Origin: an uncultured cyanobacterium
Lineage (GTDB): Bacteria > Cyanobacteriota > Cyanobacteriia > Cyanobacteriales > CAWUOF01
DNA length: 64,000 nt
Assembly (NCBI GenBank): GCA_963744145.1
Contig: CAVUSO010000001.1
Span: 1,472,001-1,536,000 of the forward strand
Direction of reading: 5' to 3'
Position 1 is the first letter of the stretch. Every line of letters begins with the position of its first letter. The notes beneath the pieces were generated by a model. It was not told where the DNA came from. It did not search any database and saw only the letters and a list, made by a program, of their open reading frames with translations. Shown piece after piece: positions 1 to 9,339 of the stretch. The translations under genes and the position numbers were made by a program.

Positions 1-126
1 TGCCAGTTTAAAATTAGATGATCTGGAATTAATCCTGGAATTGCTTCTCTTTTGGAGATCTTCAAGCAAAATTTTGGTTACTGCTAATAAGCGCGAAGAC
101 AAATCAGGTAGGATCTTCACGATCAT
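1..126 (-). CDS. possible N-terminal fragment of a hypothetical protein running off the window edge
   Basis: Open frame from ATG at 126 (MIVKILPDLSSRLLAV...) to the window start, divergent from rbp; no recognisable motif. Confidence 0.3.
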   Translation of the reverse strand, partial: MIVKILPDLSSRLLAVTKILLEDLQKRSNSRINSRSSNFKLA

Positions 127-309
127 CGGAATCAGTAACTCGAAACTGCCAGTCGTTGCACTAGATCAATTAGTTTATTTTATCTAATCAAAGGACTTGA
201 CTTAACAAGGAAAACCTGTGTTATACTGACGAGCGAAGAGTTGAATTCGGTTGCAGTGTTTGTATCTAGTATGGACAAGCTTTTTTGGTTTGTAGTATTG
301 GTATGCTTC

Positions 310-352
310 TCTCCGAACTCTAAATCTCTACGCAATTTAAGACCTTCGGAGA
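310..352 (+). promoter_or_regulatory. rbp 5' leader hairpin (TCTCCGAA pairs with TTCGGAGA over the ribosome-binding site)
   Basis: TCTCCGAA (310-317) is the exact reverse complement of TTCGGAGA (345-352), 6 nt before the ATG; these boxes are known in cyanobacterial rbp leaders. Confidence 0.7.
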
Positions 353-358
353 TATTCC

Positions 359-673
359 ATGTCAATTTATGTAGGTAACCTATCCTACCAGGTCACCCAA
401 GAAGACCTTAAAAATGTTTTCACTGAATACGGCAATGTTAAGCGAGTTCAGCTACCTACTGACCGCGAAACAGGTCGGATGCGCGGCTTTGGTTTTGTGG
501 AAATGACAACGGATGAGGAAGAAGCTGCGGCTATTGAAGCATTAGATGGGGCAGAATGGATGGGACGGGATCTAAAAGTAAATAAAGCGAAGCCTCGCGA
601 AGACAACAGACGTTCTGGTGGTGGTAGTAGTAGTGGTGGTGGTGGTCGCAGAAACAATAATTATAACAGATAG
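359..673 (+). CDS. rbp: RRM RNA-binding protein with glycine-rich tail (Rbp family)
   Basis: RNP2 IYVGNL, RNP1 RGFGFVEM, C-terminal GGGSSSGGGGR. Confidence 0.95.
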   Translation: MSIYVGNLSYQVTQEDLKNVFTEYGNVKRVQLPTDRETGRMRGFGFVEMTTDEEEAAAIEALDGAEWMGRDLKVNKAKPREDNRRSGGGSSSGGGGRRNNNYNR

Positions 674-706
674 TAATTGTAAAAGCATTAAAATTTACTT
701 GATTGG

Positions 707-739
707 AAAAGACCTAGACGAAGATGTCTAGGTCTTTTT
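707..739 (+). terminator. intrinsic terminator after rbp
   Basis: AAAAGACCTAGAC-gaagat-GTCTAGGTCTTTT hairpin followed by a T run. Confidence 0.75.
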
Positions 740-799
740 CCCTATTATTGATGTCTATATGGATACTGCTCTCCACCACATCCTTAGTCACTGCAATCA

Positions 800-978
800 C
801 AGGGCTGTTTCATGCTAGCAGAACACCTCTCCCCCAATCCCTCTCCTCAAAGGAAAGAGGAGCAAGAATGACTCGCTATTCAATCTCCCATCAATTTAAT
901 CATCTTAATTACTCCCCCTGCCCTCCTAGGGAAGGGGGTTAGGTTGCTCATGTGAGAATCGAGCATGAAATAGCCCTG
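800..978. mobile_element. MITE-like element with terminal inverted repeats
   Basis: CAGGGCTGTTTCATGCT ... AGCATGAAATAGCCCTG (1 mismatch); interior shares CCTCTCCCCCAAYCCCTCTCC...GGAGCAAGAAT with 9167-9335 and 58397-58441. Confidence 0.65.
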
Positions 979-1676
979 CACCAGGAAACCGGGTTTCTCT
1001 ACCAAATGTTCGTTTTTCACCTAGATATCTACACACCAAACTCAGTTTCTAGTCTGAGAATGTGGAGTCCTAACCTTTGCACCTACTTATAGACCTGATG
1101 ATCTATTTCATCATCTGAAAATTAGCAAAATTTACTTTTTCCGAACTCGCTCGTTTGTTTAGTAGCTAAAGTTGATTGACTTAAGTAGTGAATAAAAAAT
1201 ATCTGTATAAATGGAAATATCCCCCAAGAAAACGGAAATATGGGGGCTAGTTTTTCACCCTGATCCGCATAAAAGTCTAAATTAGAGTCAATCTTTGATT
1301 GTTCCTTGCTTGTAGCTAGTAGCCAGATAAATCCTCAGCCAGGACTCGCAAAGAATCACAAATCACCTCAGCATACACACCAGGGATTATGCTGGAACTA
1401 AAGGGTTGATTTTCACCTTACACAACTCTGGTAAGAACTCAGATCATTCCCACTTCTGTAAAAAAAAGACTGTTCTATGGATATAAAGGGGCAAAAATAA
1501 AAAAAAACTTACCGATACTATCCAAAGTATAGTTTCCTCTAGTCCTGAGATACTAGGGACAAATGATGTTATCCAGTGATCTAGTTAAAGTTAGAGAAAA
1601 TATTTAATATTTATTACTTGCTAATCATAGAGGTAATATTGAATAATAAGATCAGTAAGCGAATTTATTTAACCTC

Positions 1677-2135
1677 ATGGCTAAAACTAAAAATCTCCCA
1701 ATAGAACCACTGACAGGAAAAGCTCTGCTCCAAAAAGTAAAAGAACTTTCAGACTTACCCAGGAGAGAGACCGCAAAACGTTGTGGATATTACACCAGCA
1801 CAAAGAACAGCCAAACCCGCGTTAATTTAACAGAATTTTACGACGCGGTACTAGCAGCAAAGGGTTTAGACTTAAATCCTGAACGTACAAAAGATGGTCG
1901 AGGACGTGAAGCCTCTTATCGGGTCAGCGTGCATAAAAACGGCCAAATTGTAATTGGGGCTAGTTACACAGAAGCAATGGGATTAAAGCCTGGAGATGAG
2001 TTTGAAATAAAACTGGGGCACCGTCACATTCATCTATATCAGCTTAATAAAGATAGCGACGACTTAGATGAGGATGGTGATGAGGATGGTGATTATGAAG
2101 AATCTGCATCCGATGAATTGGTAACTGTCGGTTAA
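1677..2135 (+). CDS. cyanobacterial AbrB-like transcriptional regulator
   Basis: LTGKALLQKVKEL...GRGREASYRVSVHKNGQIVIGASYT...GDEFEIKLG signature; acidic tail. Confidence 0.9.
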   Translation: MAKTKNLPIEPLTGKALLQKVKELSDLPRRETAKRCGYYTSTKNSQTRVNLTEFYDAVLAAKGLDLNPERTKDGRGREASYRVSVHKNGQIVIGASYTEAMGLKPGDEFEIKLGHRHIHLYQLNKDSDDLDEDGDEDGDYEESASDELVTVG

Positions 2136-2438
2136 AAAAAAAGTTGGTTGGGAAGGGGTAAAGGCGATCGCTTTTAAATAGCTTAAAAGCATATATAGCA
2201 AAGGTTTTGCTGTTTTTTTTGACACTTTTAATCGATTCCCAACCAAAATGACTTAAATCGTCAATCTCGTCTAACATCAAAACCCGGTTTCTTGAAAAAA
2301 TCGGGTTTGTATGTTTTCAATTTGTTCATGGCTAACCTCTGGAGCAGGTCTGGCATGATCTGCTTCAGAAGAAAGATTTAGGCAAATTACTGAAAACTCG
2401 GTTTTTAATTATCCGGGTGATCGGGGCAACTAAGTTGC

Positions 2439-3278
2439 TCAATGCTGATGTTGGAGAAATTTAACAACTTCTTGCCATAGTAAATCCGGGGCTTCAATTA
2501 AAGGTGTATGACCGGTCTGGAAAATTTTTAAATTCCCATTAGGAAGGAGAGAAACTAGACGCTTGGCTAACTCTAGATACTTTTGATCCCTACTACCAGC
2601 AATCACGAGAGTAGGTGTCTGAATCGCGATCGCCTGTTCCCATACAGGTGGCATTACTCCGGAGCTAAAATGTTGTAAACTACTAGCTAGTCCAGCCGGC
2701 TGAATTGGCAAGCGTCTTAATATTTCTTGTGCAAGGAAATTTTTGCCTTTAGCAGTAAGTTCTTGAAACAGAGGTTGTTCTAACCAGGATTGCAAAAAAT
2801 CCACTGGATCGGAATTAAGAATTTTTTGACTCAGTTCCCAGTCTGCTTGTGCTCGATTTTGTCGAGCGGTGTCATCTTGGATTCCGGCTGTGCTAGAAAC
2901 CAAAATCAGGGAACTCAACTGAAGGGAATATTTGACAGCAAATTGTAATGCTAAACGTCCACCCATGGAGTATCCAAATAAATGAAACTTGCTCAGATTT
3001 AAAAAATTCAGCCATTGGTGTAACAGCATTACCTGTCCGGTGGTACTAAAAACGCTTTCCTCTTCAGAAAGCAGCGTTTTTCCATGTCCTGGTAAATCAG
3101 GAATTAAACATCGGTAGTGATCAGTCAAAAAATCTGGAATTTGGTGAAAATCGCGACTACTGCCAGTAAATCCATGCAAAAAAACGATGGTCTGATCAGC
3201 GGGAATTCCCAAGTCAAGATAATGTAGTTTGCCAGATTGATGATGATAATAATTAGATTTAGGGTAGTTGATCGTCAT
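2439..3278 (-). CDS. menH: alpha/beta hydrolase, MenH (SHCHC synthase)-like
   Basis: FLHGFTGS, DLPGHG, GYSMGGRLAL nucleophile elbow, GSRDQKY, catalytic His in GHTP. Confidence 0.75.
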   Translation of the reverse strand: MTINYPKSNYYHHQSGKLHYLDLGIPADQTIVFLHGFTGSSRDFHQIPDFLTDHYRCLIPDLPGHGKTLLSEEESVFSTTGQVMLLHQWLNFLNLSKFHLFGYSMGGRLALQFAVKYSLQLSSLILVSSTAGIQDDTARQNRAQADWELSQKILNSDPVDFLQSWLEQPLFQELTAKGKNFLAQEILRRLPIQPAGLASSLQHFSSGVMPPVWEQAIAIQTPTLVIAGSRDQKYLELAKRLVSLLPNGNLKIFQTGHTPLIEAPDLLWQEVVKFLQHQH

Positions 3279-3301
3279 TCAGAATGAGATTTAGATCAGA
3301 T

Positions 3302-4777
3302 TTAAAACTGACGAGACCAATTTTTTGGCCAACGTTCTACCACCACTTTAGTTTGAGTAAAAAACTCGATCGCGTGATGTCCTTGGCCATGTAAATCTCC
3401 AAAAAAACTATCTTTCCAACCACTGAAGGGAAAAAATGCCATGGGAGCAGCGACACCAATATTAATTCCAATATTGCCAGCATCAGCTTCATAACGAAAT
3501 TTCCGAGCTAGAGATCCATTGGTAGTAAACAAACAAGCCATATTTCCCCATTGACCGCGATTAACCAAGGCGATCGCATCTTCAATGGTATTAACATTGA
3601 TTAATCCTAATACTGGTCCAAAAATTTCAGTTTGGGCAATTTCACTAGCAGGATCAACCTGAGCTAAAATTGTCGGTTTAATAAAATTACCTTGGCTATA
3701 ACCAGGAATTTGGGGATGACGACCATCTATTAATATAGTTGCACCTGCATTTATACCTTTTTGAATTAATCCTTCAATCCGGGTTTTACTTGCTGGACTA
3801 ATTACTGGACCCATTTCCACTCCTGGATCGAGACCGTATCCCACCACTCTAGTTTTAGCAACTTCTGTTAAACCTTCTGTAAATATTTGACTGGCTTCAC
3901 CCACAGTCACAACTAAAGAAGCAGCTAAACAACGCTGTCCAGCACAACCAAAGGCACTATCTGCGGTAATTTTTAAGGTAGTTTCTAAGTCAGCATCAGG
4001 TAATATAATAATCGGATTTTTGGCACCACCTTGACATTGAGCGCGTTTACCATTAGCAGTTGCTCGACTATAAACATATTTAGCAACAGGGGTAGAACCA
4101 ACAAAGCTAATTGCCCGGATTTGAGGATGATCTAAAATCCCATCTACAATTTCTTTAGCACCATGAACTAAATTAACCACACCTTTGGGTAATCCTGTTT
4201 GCTCAAGTAACTGAAATACTTTTTGCATGGTCAATGGGACTTTTTCCGAAGGTTTGATGATCGTGGTATTCCCACAAGCGATCGCATAAGGAAAAAACCA
4301 GAATGGAATCATCCCCGGAAAATTAAAAGGAGCAATTACTGCGGTTACTCCTACGGGTTGTCGAATCATGATTTCATCAATTCCACGAGCCACATCTTCT
4401 AAGTGGTAACCTTGCATCAACATCGGAATTCCACAAGCGACTTCGACATTTTCGATCGCTCGTCTCATTTCTCCTTGTGACTCAGTTAAGGTTTTACCAC
4501 ATTCGCGGGTAATAATCTGGGCTATTTCTGGTAAATTCTCTTCGAGCAGATTTTTGAGTTTAAATAGATATTGGATTCTTTCTGGTGAGGGAATTTGTCG
4601 CCAAGTTATTAAAGCTGTTGTAGCTGATGTTACTGCTTGCTCTAGTTCTATTGTCAGCGACAAAGGCACCTGTGCCAAGGTTTCTGCTGTAGCTGGGTTG
4701 AGAATTTCCAGGTAATTTGTAGTATTAGACTTACACCATGCACCGTTTATGTAGTTTTGTAAAATATTGAGTGTCAC
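3302..4777 (-). CDS. mmsA: CoA-acylating methylmalonate-semialdehyde dehydrogenase
   Basis: [54 protein letters not shown]. Confidence 0.9.
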   Translation of the reverse strand: MTLNILQNYINGAWCKSNTTNYLEILNPATAETLAQVPLSLTIELEQAVTSATTALITWRQIPSPERIQYLFKLKNLLEENLPEIAQIITRECGKTLTESQGEMRRAIENVEVACGIPMLMQGYHLEDVARGIDEIMIRQPVGVTAVIAPFNFPGMIPFWFFPYAIACGNTTIIKPSEKVPLTMQKVFQLLEQTGLPKGVVNLVHGAKEIVDGILDHPQIRAISFVGSTPVAKYVYSRATANGKRAQCQGGAKNPIIILPDADLETTLKITADSAFGCAGQRCLAASLVVTVGEASQIFTEGLTEVAKTRVVGYGLDPGVEMGPVISPASKTRIEGLIQKGINAGATILIDGRHPQIPGYSQGNFIKPTILAQVDPASEIAQTEIFGPVLGLINVNTIEDAIALVNRGQWGNMACLFTTNGSLARKFRYEADAGNIGINIGVAAPMAFFPFSGWKDSFFGDLHGQGHHAIEFFTQTKVVVERWPKNWSRQF

Positions 4778-5077
4778 TCCTAACTCCTGTTCATCTCTTA
4801 AATGCAGATTATGATTATAGTGTCAAAAATAGACTTTTTTTTTCACCCCCGAAACTCTCCAGCTTGTAAGGCAATAATGCTTATAGTTAAAATAAAAAAA
4901 CAAAGTTGACCAATTCTACAGACAGAAAAAGCGATGAGCGCTCAGAACTTTTTCTGTCTTTTTTCCTATGGATACAGAGTTGTTGATTGGTGACCAGATC
5001 GAGCAGTCACTAGCGATCGCCAATCACCCACCAGGTTTTGGGAGCAATTTTCACCTCAATCAATTAGTAAATACCAA

Positions 5078-6151
5078 ATGATTCCCTTAATCAAAAAATA
5101 TCTAGCAGCGATCCTATTGGGTAGTGCGATCGCGATTCTGACTGGATATCTCGCTTACCAACCAAATTTTCTAGCTAAAGTCCCACAGTCAATTATTTCC
5201 GGTCAGTCTACCACAGCGATCGCCCAAACTGATCAAATTCAACTAGCGATCCCGATCGACTGTACCTTGGGTAAAGACTGTTTTATTATGCACTATGTAG
5301 ATCGACTTCCTAGTCCTGAAGTCCTGGATTTTGCTTGTGGTACACTCACCTATGCAGGTCATAATGGCACGGACTTTGCGATTCGTGATGAAACTGCGAT
5401 GAAAGCAGGTGTTGCTGTCAAAGCATCTGCTCCTGGTCAAGTCTTACGAGTCAGGGATGGAGTACCTGATCAACGAGTAGTAGATCAAACCACGATCCAA
5501 TCCGTGAAAGGAATCGAATGTGGTAATGGTGCTGTCATTGATCATGGTAATGGTTGGCAAACCCAATATTGCCATATGCGTCGTGGTAGTGTAGTTGTGC
5601 AACCGGGAACTTTAGTGGAAAAAGGAACAGTTTTAGGAATGATTGGCGAATCTGGGTTAGCATCATTCCCCCATGTTCATTTAACCGTTACCTATCAAGG
5701 TAAAAATGTTGATCCTTTTGTTGGACCGACAGACCAACCCGGTTGTCATGTAGCACCTCAACCAATTTGGGAAAATCCGATTCCTTATGTTCCAACTGGA
5801 TTAGTTCGTGCTGGTTTTGCTAGTGAAGAACCTAATATGGATCGGATTTGGCAAGGAGATTTTTCCCTAACTACCCTCCCGATTAGTAGTAAGCTACTGA
5901 TATTTTGGGTACAACCTTATGGTGTCAAACAGGGAGATCAAGAAGAATTTCGACTGATTGACCCTAATGGTCAAGAAATTGCTAAAAGTTCCCAACCCAT
6001 TCCATCCACTACTCGGATCTGGTTACGTTATATCGGTAAAATAAATCGTCCTCAACGTCCCCTCATTCCTGGGATATGGCGCGGGGAATACCGTCTGGTA
6101 CGGGGCACTCAAGTGTTAATTGATCTCCAACGCGAAATTAATCTGAGTTAA
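5078..6151 (+). CDS. M23 family metallopeptidase
   Basis: N-terminal hydrophobic segment; HNGTD, YCHM and HVH Zn motifs. Confidence 0.85.
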   Translation: MIPLIKKYLAAILLGSAIAILTGYLAYQPNFLAKVPQSIISGQSTTAIAQTDQIQLAIPIDCTLGKDCFIMHYVDRLPSPEVLDFACGTLTYAGHNGTDFAIRDETAMKAGVAVKASAPGQVLRVRDGVPDQRVVDQTTIQSVKGIECGNGAVIDHGNGWQTQYCHMRRGSVVVQPGTLVEKGTVLGMIGESGLASFPHVHLTVTYQGKNVDPFVGPTDQPGCHVAPQPIWENPIPYVPTGLVRAGFASEEPNMDRIWQGDFSLTTLPISSKLLIFWVQPYGVKQGDQEEFRLIDPNGQEIAKSSQPIPSTTRIWLRYIGKINRPQRPLIPGIWRGEYRLVRGTQVLIDLQREINLS

Positions 6152-6155
6152 TCAA

Positions 6156-6590
6156 ATGATTGATAAATTTATGACCGTCGCGATCGCTCAAGCTAAACAA
6201 GGTCTCCAAGAGGGTGGAATTCCGATTGGTTCAGTGCTGGTTAAGGATGAGCAAATCATTGGTCGAGGACATAATCAACGAATCCAAGCTAATGACCCCA
6301 TTCTCCATGCAGAAATTGACTGTTTACGCAACGCTGGTCGGATTGGCACCTATAGAGATACAACAATTTATTCTACTTTAATGCCTTGTTATCTTTGTGC
6401 TGGTGCGATCGTCCAATTTGGCATTAAAAAAGTTATTGCTGGAGAATCCCATACTTTTGCAGGAGCTAGAGAATTTATGGAATCCCATGGAATTGAGGTC
6501 ATTGATTTAGACCTAGCAGAATGTAAACAATTAATGCAGGATTTTATTACGAGGAGTCCCCAACTCTGGAATGAGGACATTGGTAAATAA
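6156..6590 (+). CDS. cytosine/nucleoside deaminase (CDA fold)
   Basis: HAE...PCYLC Zn motif, GGIPIG, WNEDIG C-terminus. Confidence 0.9.
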   Translation: MIDKFMTVAIAQAKQGLQEGGIPIGSVLVKDEQIIGRGHNQRIQANDPILHAEIDCLRNAGRIGTYRDTTIYSTLMPCYLCAGAIVQFGIKKVIAGESHTFAGAREFMESHGIEVIDLDLAECKQLMQDFITRSPQLWNEDIGK

Positions 6591-6635
6591 CCCATCCTCA
6601 GTCTGATCTGAACTTTCTTTCTATTGTTTCTAATT

Positions 6636-6869
6636 TTAAGGTAATGTTGCCCATGCTTGAGCAACCACATCACTTAACCATCGTCTTTGCTGTCGATCTA
6701 AGAAATGGTCTTCTGCTAATAGCTCGGTAGTTAGCTCGTCTAGTGACTTACCCTGGGAACGGGAAATTTGAATCACACCAGCGATCGCTGCTGCGACTAA
6801 TTCTTCACTGACGGTCAATTGCTGTAAATCGGCAATTTCTTGAGGACTGGTTGGAATAGGATAGTTCAT
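6636..6869 (-). CDS. small hypothetical protein
   Basis: 77 aa ORF filling the gap between the deaminase and the divergent cruA-like gene. Confidence 0.7.
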   Translation of the reverse strand: MNYPIPTSPQEIADLQQLTVSEELVAAAIAGVIQISRSQGKSLDELTTELLAEDHFLDRQQRRWLSDVVAQAWATLP

Positions 6870-7030
6870 AGTTAGTTATCCGCGCACCCTGATCAATCAA
6901 CAATTATGAGAAAATTGTAAAGTTTCTTTAAGTGTAATCAAAATGTAGTATACGAGATTCTAGCTTACTTTGTCTATCTGTCAACTCCTTTATTCCTTGA
7001 GATTTGATTAAATTTTGAGATAACCGCACA

Positions 7031-9154
7031 ATGAAAGAACTGCTTTACTTAGAAGTCCCGACACCGGATCTAACCACAGTCCGTACTTGGTTACAGCAAG
7101 AATGGGAATCACCAATGGGACAAAAAAGTCTATCTCCGGACGGAATTAAATTGTCACTTCCGCAAACTACAAGCCAGACTAGCCTAATTACCGAAACTAA
7201 GACGGTTTTTACTGAAGAGATTTGGATTTTCGTCTGGCTAGTCCAATCTACTACATATTTGAAAGTATTTCGGACTGGAGATCAACCGATTCAGGGTGAA
7301 AAGAAAATCTTGACTAATTTGCATAATAATATTAGAAATAGATTTACCCATCACTACTCGGTTCCACCAGAAATTAACTTATCGGAACAGTCTATTTTTG
7401 AAGCATTAAAAGCTGCTTATCCCCTGACCGTCAAATATTTTCAAAAAATCCCCAATGGTGAATATGATCTACAGCGAGTTTATTGGTGGGAACAACGTTG
7501 GCGTAATAGTGTCCTTCATCCACAACAACCGCAACAAGTATTATTTAAAGTGCCAGAAAACTTAAGTAGTTTAACAGCAGTAGAGGCAAATACTCCTCCC
7601 TTAAAACCTGATTATGATATTATTTATATAGGTGGTGCCCTAGGAATAGTTCACGCAGCAGTAATGGCTCGATTAGGATATCATGTCTTGTTAATCGAAA
7701 GATTACCTTTTGGTAAGATGAATCGGGAATGGAATATTTCTCGTCATGAATTACAAAACTTGATTCATTTAGGCTTATTTAGTGCTAGTGAAATTGAAAG
7801 TCTGATTGCTAGAGAATATAAAGATGGCTTTAATAAATTCTTTGATGCTAATAATCCACCTCAATGTAAAGCACCGATTTTGCATACTCCCAAGGTATTA
7901 AATATTGCTTTAGATTCCGAAAAATTACTAAGACTTTGTGGAGAGAAATTAAAAGCCGCTGGGGGAGATATTTGGGATCAAACTGAGTTTAAACGTGGCG
8001 ATATTGATGACCAAAAAGTTTTAGTACAAGCACAATGTTTAGTAACTAAAAAAGAACGGGTGGTAAGTGGAAGATTATTAATCGACGCAATGGGGACCGC
8101 TTCTGCGATCGCATGGCAATTAAATGGTGGTAGAGCTTTTGATAGTGTTTGTCCGACCGTAGGTGCTAGTATTGAATCAGGATTTGCACCAGGTGTGTGG
8201 GATTCCCAATATGGGGATATTTTGAATTCCCATGGAGATATTTCTCGGGGAAGACAGTTGATTTGGGAGTTATTTCCTGGTCAAGGTGAGGAATTGACAA
8301 TTTATTTATTTCATTATCATCAGATCAATGCAGAAAATCCAGGTTCATTATTAGAAATGTATGAGGATTTTTTCGCAATTTTGCCAGAGTATCGTCGTTG
8401 TGATCTGGAGAAATTAAAATGGAAAAAGGCTACTTTTGGTTATATTCCGGGACATTTTAGTGTGGGAAGTCGCGATCGGCAAGTTGCGTTTGACCGTCTG
8501 ATCGCGATCGGTGATGCTGCTTCATTACAATCTCCCCTAGTTTTTACTGGTTTTGGTTCTTTAATTCGGAATTTACCGCGGTTAACAGATTTGCTAAATA
8601 CGGCGCTAAAATCTGATCTACTGAGTGCTAGTTACTTAAATCAAATTCGCGCTTATCAAAGTAATGTTGCTGTCACCTGGCTATTTTCTAAAGGAATGAT
8701 GGTCCCGACAGGTCGATTTATTCCACCGCAATTAATTAACTCTATGCTGAATACTTTTTTTGGAGTTTTAGGAACTGTACGTCCAGAGATAGCTGAAGCT
8801 TTTATTAAGGATAAAACTGATTGGTTAACTTTTAATTGGTTAGCTTTTAAAGCTGCTAAAAAAAATCCAGCTTTGTTATTATGGATTTGGCAGTTAGCAG
8901 GTGGAAAAGATATTTTTCGCTGGTTGGGTAGTTATTTAGATTTTACTCTTTTTTCTATCTTAGGCTGGTTATTTTCCTGGTTACCGAAATTTCTCCGTCA
9001 GATTCAACCAGTTTTAGAAGATCGTTATCCCAGTCTATGGTTTTGGTTATTAGCTACTAGTTATGCTCTGACTGATGGAATAGGACGACCTCAAACTATT
9101 GCTCAATATTCTGAAGTTATAGGAATATATAATCGGACTTTAGAGAAATCTTAA
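7031..9154 (+). CDS. cruA: FAD-dependent oxidoreductase, CruA-type lycopene cyclase
   Basis: YDIIYIGGALG Rossmann motif, NREWNISR, IGDAASLQSPLVFTGFGS; ~700 aa fits CruA rather than the shorter CruP. Confidence 0.7.
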   Translation: MKELLYLEVPTPDLTTVRTWLQQEWESPMGQKSLSPDGIKLSLPQTTSQTSLITETKTVFTEEIWIFVWLVQSTTYLKVFRTGDQPIQGEKKILTNLHNNIRNRFTHHYSVPPEINLSEQSIFEALKAAYPLTVKYFQKIPNGEYDLQRVYWWEQRWRNSVLHPQQPQQVLFKVPENLSSLTAVEANTPPLKPDYDIIYIGGALGIVHAAVMARLGYHVLLIERLPFGKMNREWNISRHELQNLIHLGLFSASEIESLIAREYKDGFNKFFDANNPPQCKAPILHTPKVLNIALDSEKLLRLCGEKLKAAGGDIWDQTEFKRGDIDDQKVLVQAQCLVTKKERVVSGRLLIDAMGTASAIAWQLNGGRAFDSVCPTVGASIESGFAPGVWDSQYGDILNSHGDISRGRQLIWELFPGQGEELTIYLFHYHQINAENPGSLLEMYEDFFAILPEYRRCDLEKLKWKKATFGYIPGHFSVGSRDRQVAFDRLIAIGDAASLQSPLVFTGFGSLIRNLPRLTDLLNTALKSDLLSASYLNQIRAYQSNVAVTWLFSKGMMVPTGRFIPPQLINSMLNTFFGVLGTVRPEIAEAFIKDKTDWLTFNWLAFKAAKKNPALLLWIWQLAGGKDIFRWLGSYLDFTLFSILGWLFSWLPKFLRQIQPVLEDRYPSLWFWLLATSYALTDGIGRPQTIAQYSEVIGIYNRTLEKS

Positions 9155-9166
9155 AATTAGCAGAAG

Positions 9167-9335
9167 ACCTCTCCCCCAACCCCTCTCCTGAAAGGAAAGG
9201 GGAGCAAGAATGACCTCTCCCCCAACCCCTCTCCTGAAAGGAAAGGGGAGAAGAATAAATCGATTCCTCCCATCAATTTAATCATCTTAATTACTCCCCC
9301 TTCCCTCCGAGGGAAGGGGGTTGGGGGGTTAGGTC
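9167..9335. repeat. cyanobacterial palindromic dispersed repeat with a tandem internal unit
   Basis: Two tandem GACCTCTCCCCCAACCCCTCTCCTGAAAGGAAAGGGGAG units closed by the inverted GGGGTTGGGGGGTTAGGTC. Confidence 0.75.
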
Positions 9336-9339
9336 TTAT

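Noticed and set aside
724..942. 72-aa ORF after rbp (likewise 39772..39969 and 55886..56170)
   Set aside because: These ORFs run through terminator and MITE sequence and have no protein-like signature.
1136..1165. TTTCCGAA...TTTGTTTAGTAG resembling rbp leader boxes upstream of the AbrB-like gene
   Set aside because: The match is short and imperfect, lies over 500 bp from the start codon, and could be chance.
6156..6590. Deaminase as part of the base-modification pathway
   Set aside because: It is 20 kb away among housekeeping genes and looks like an ordinary salvage cytosine deaminase.
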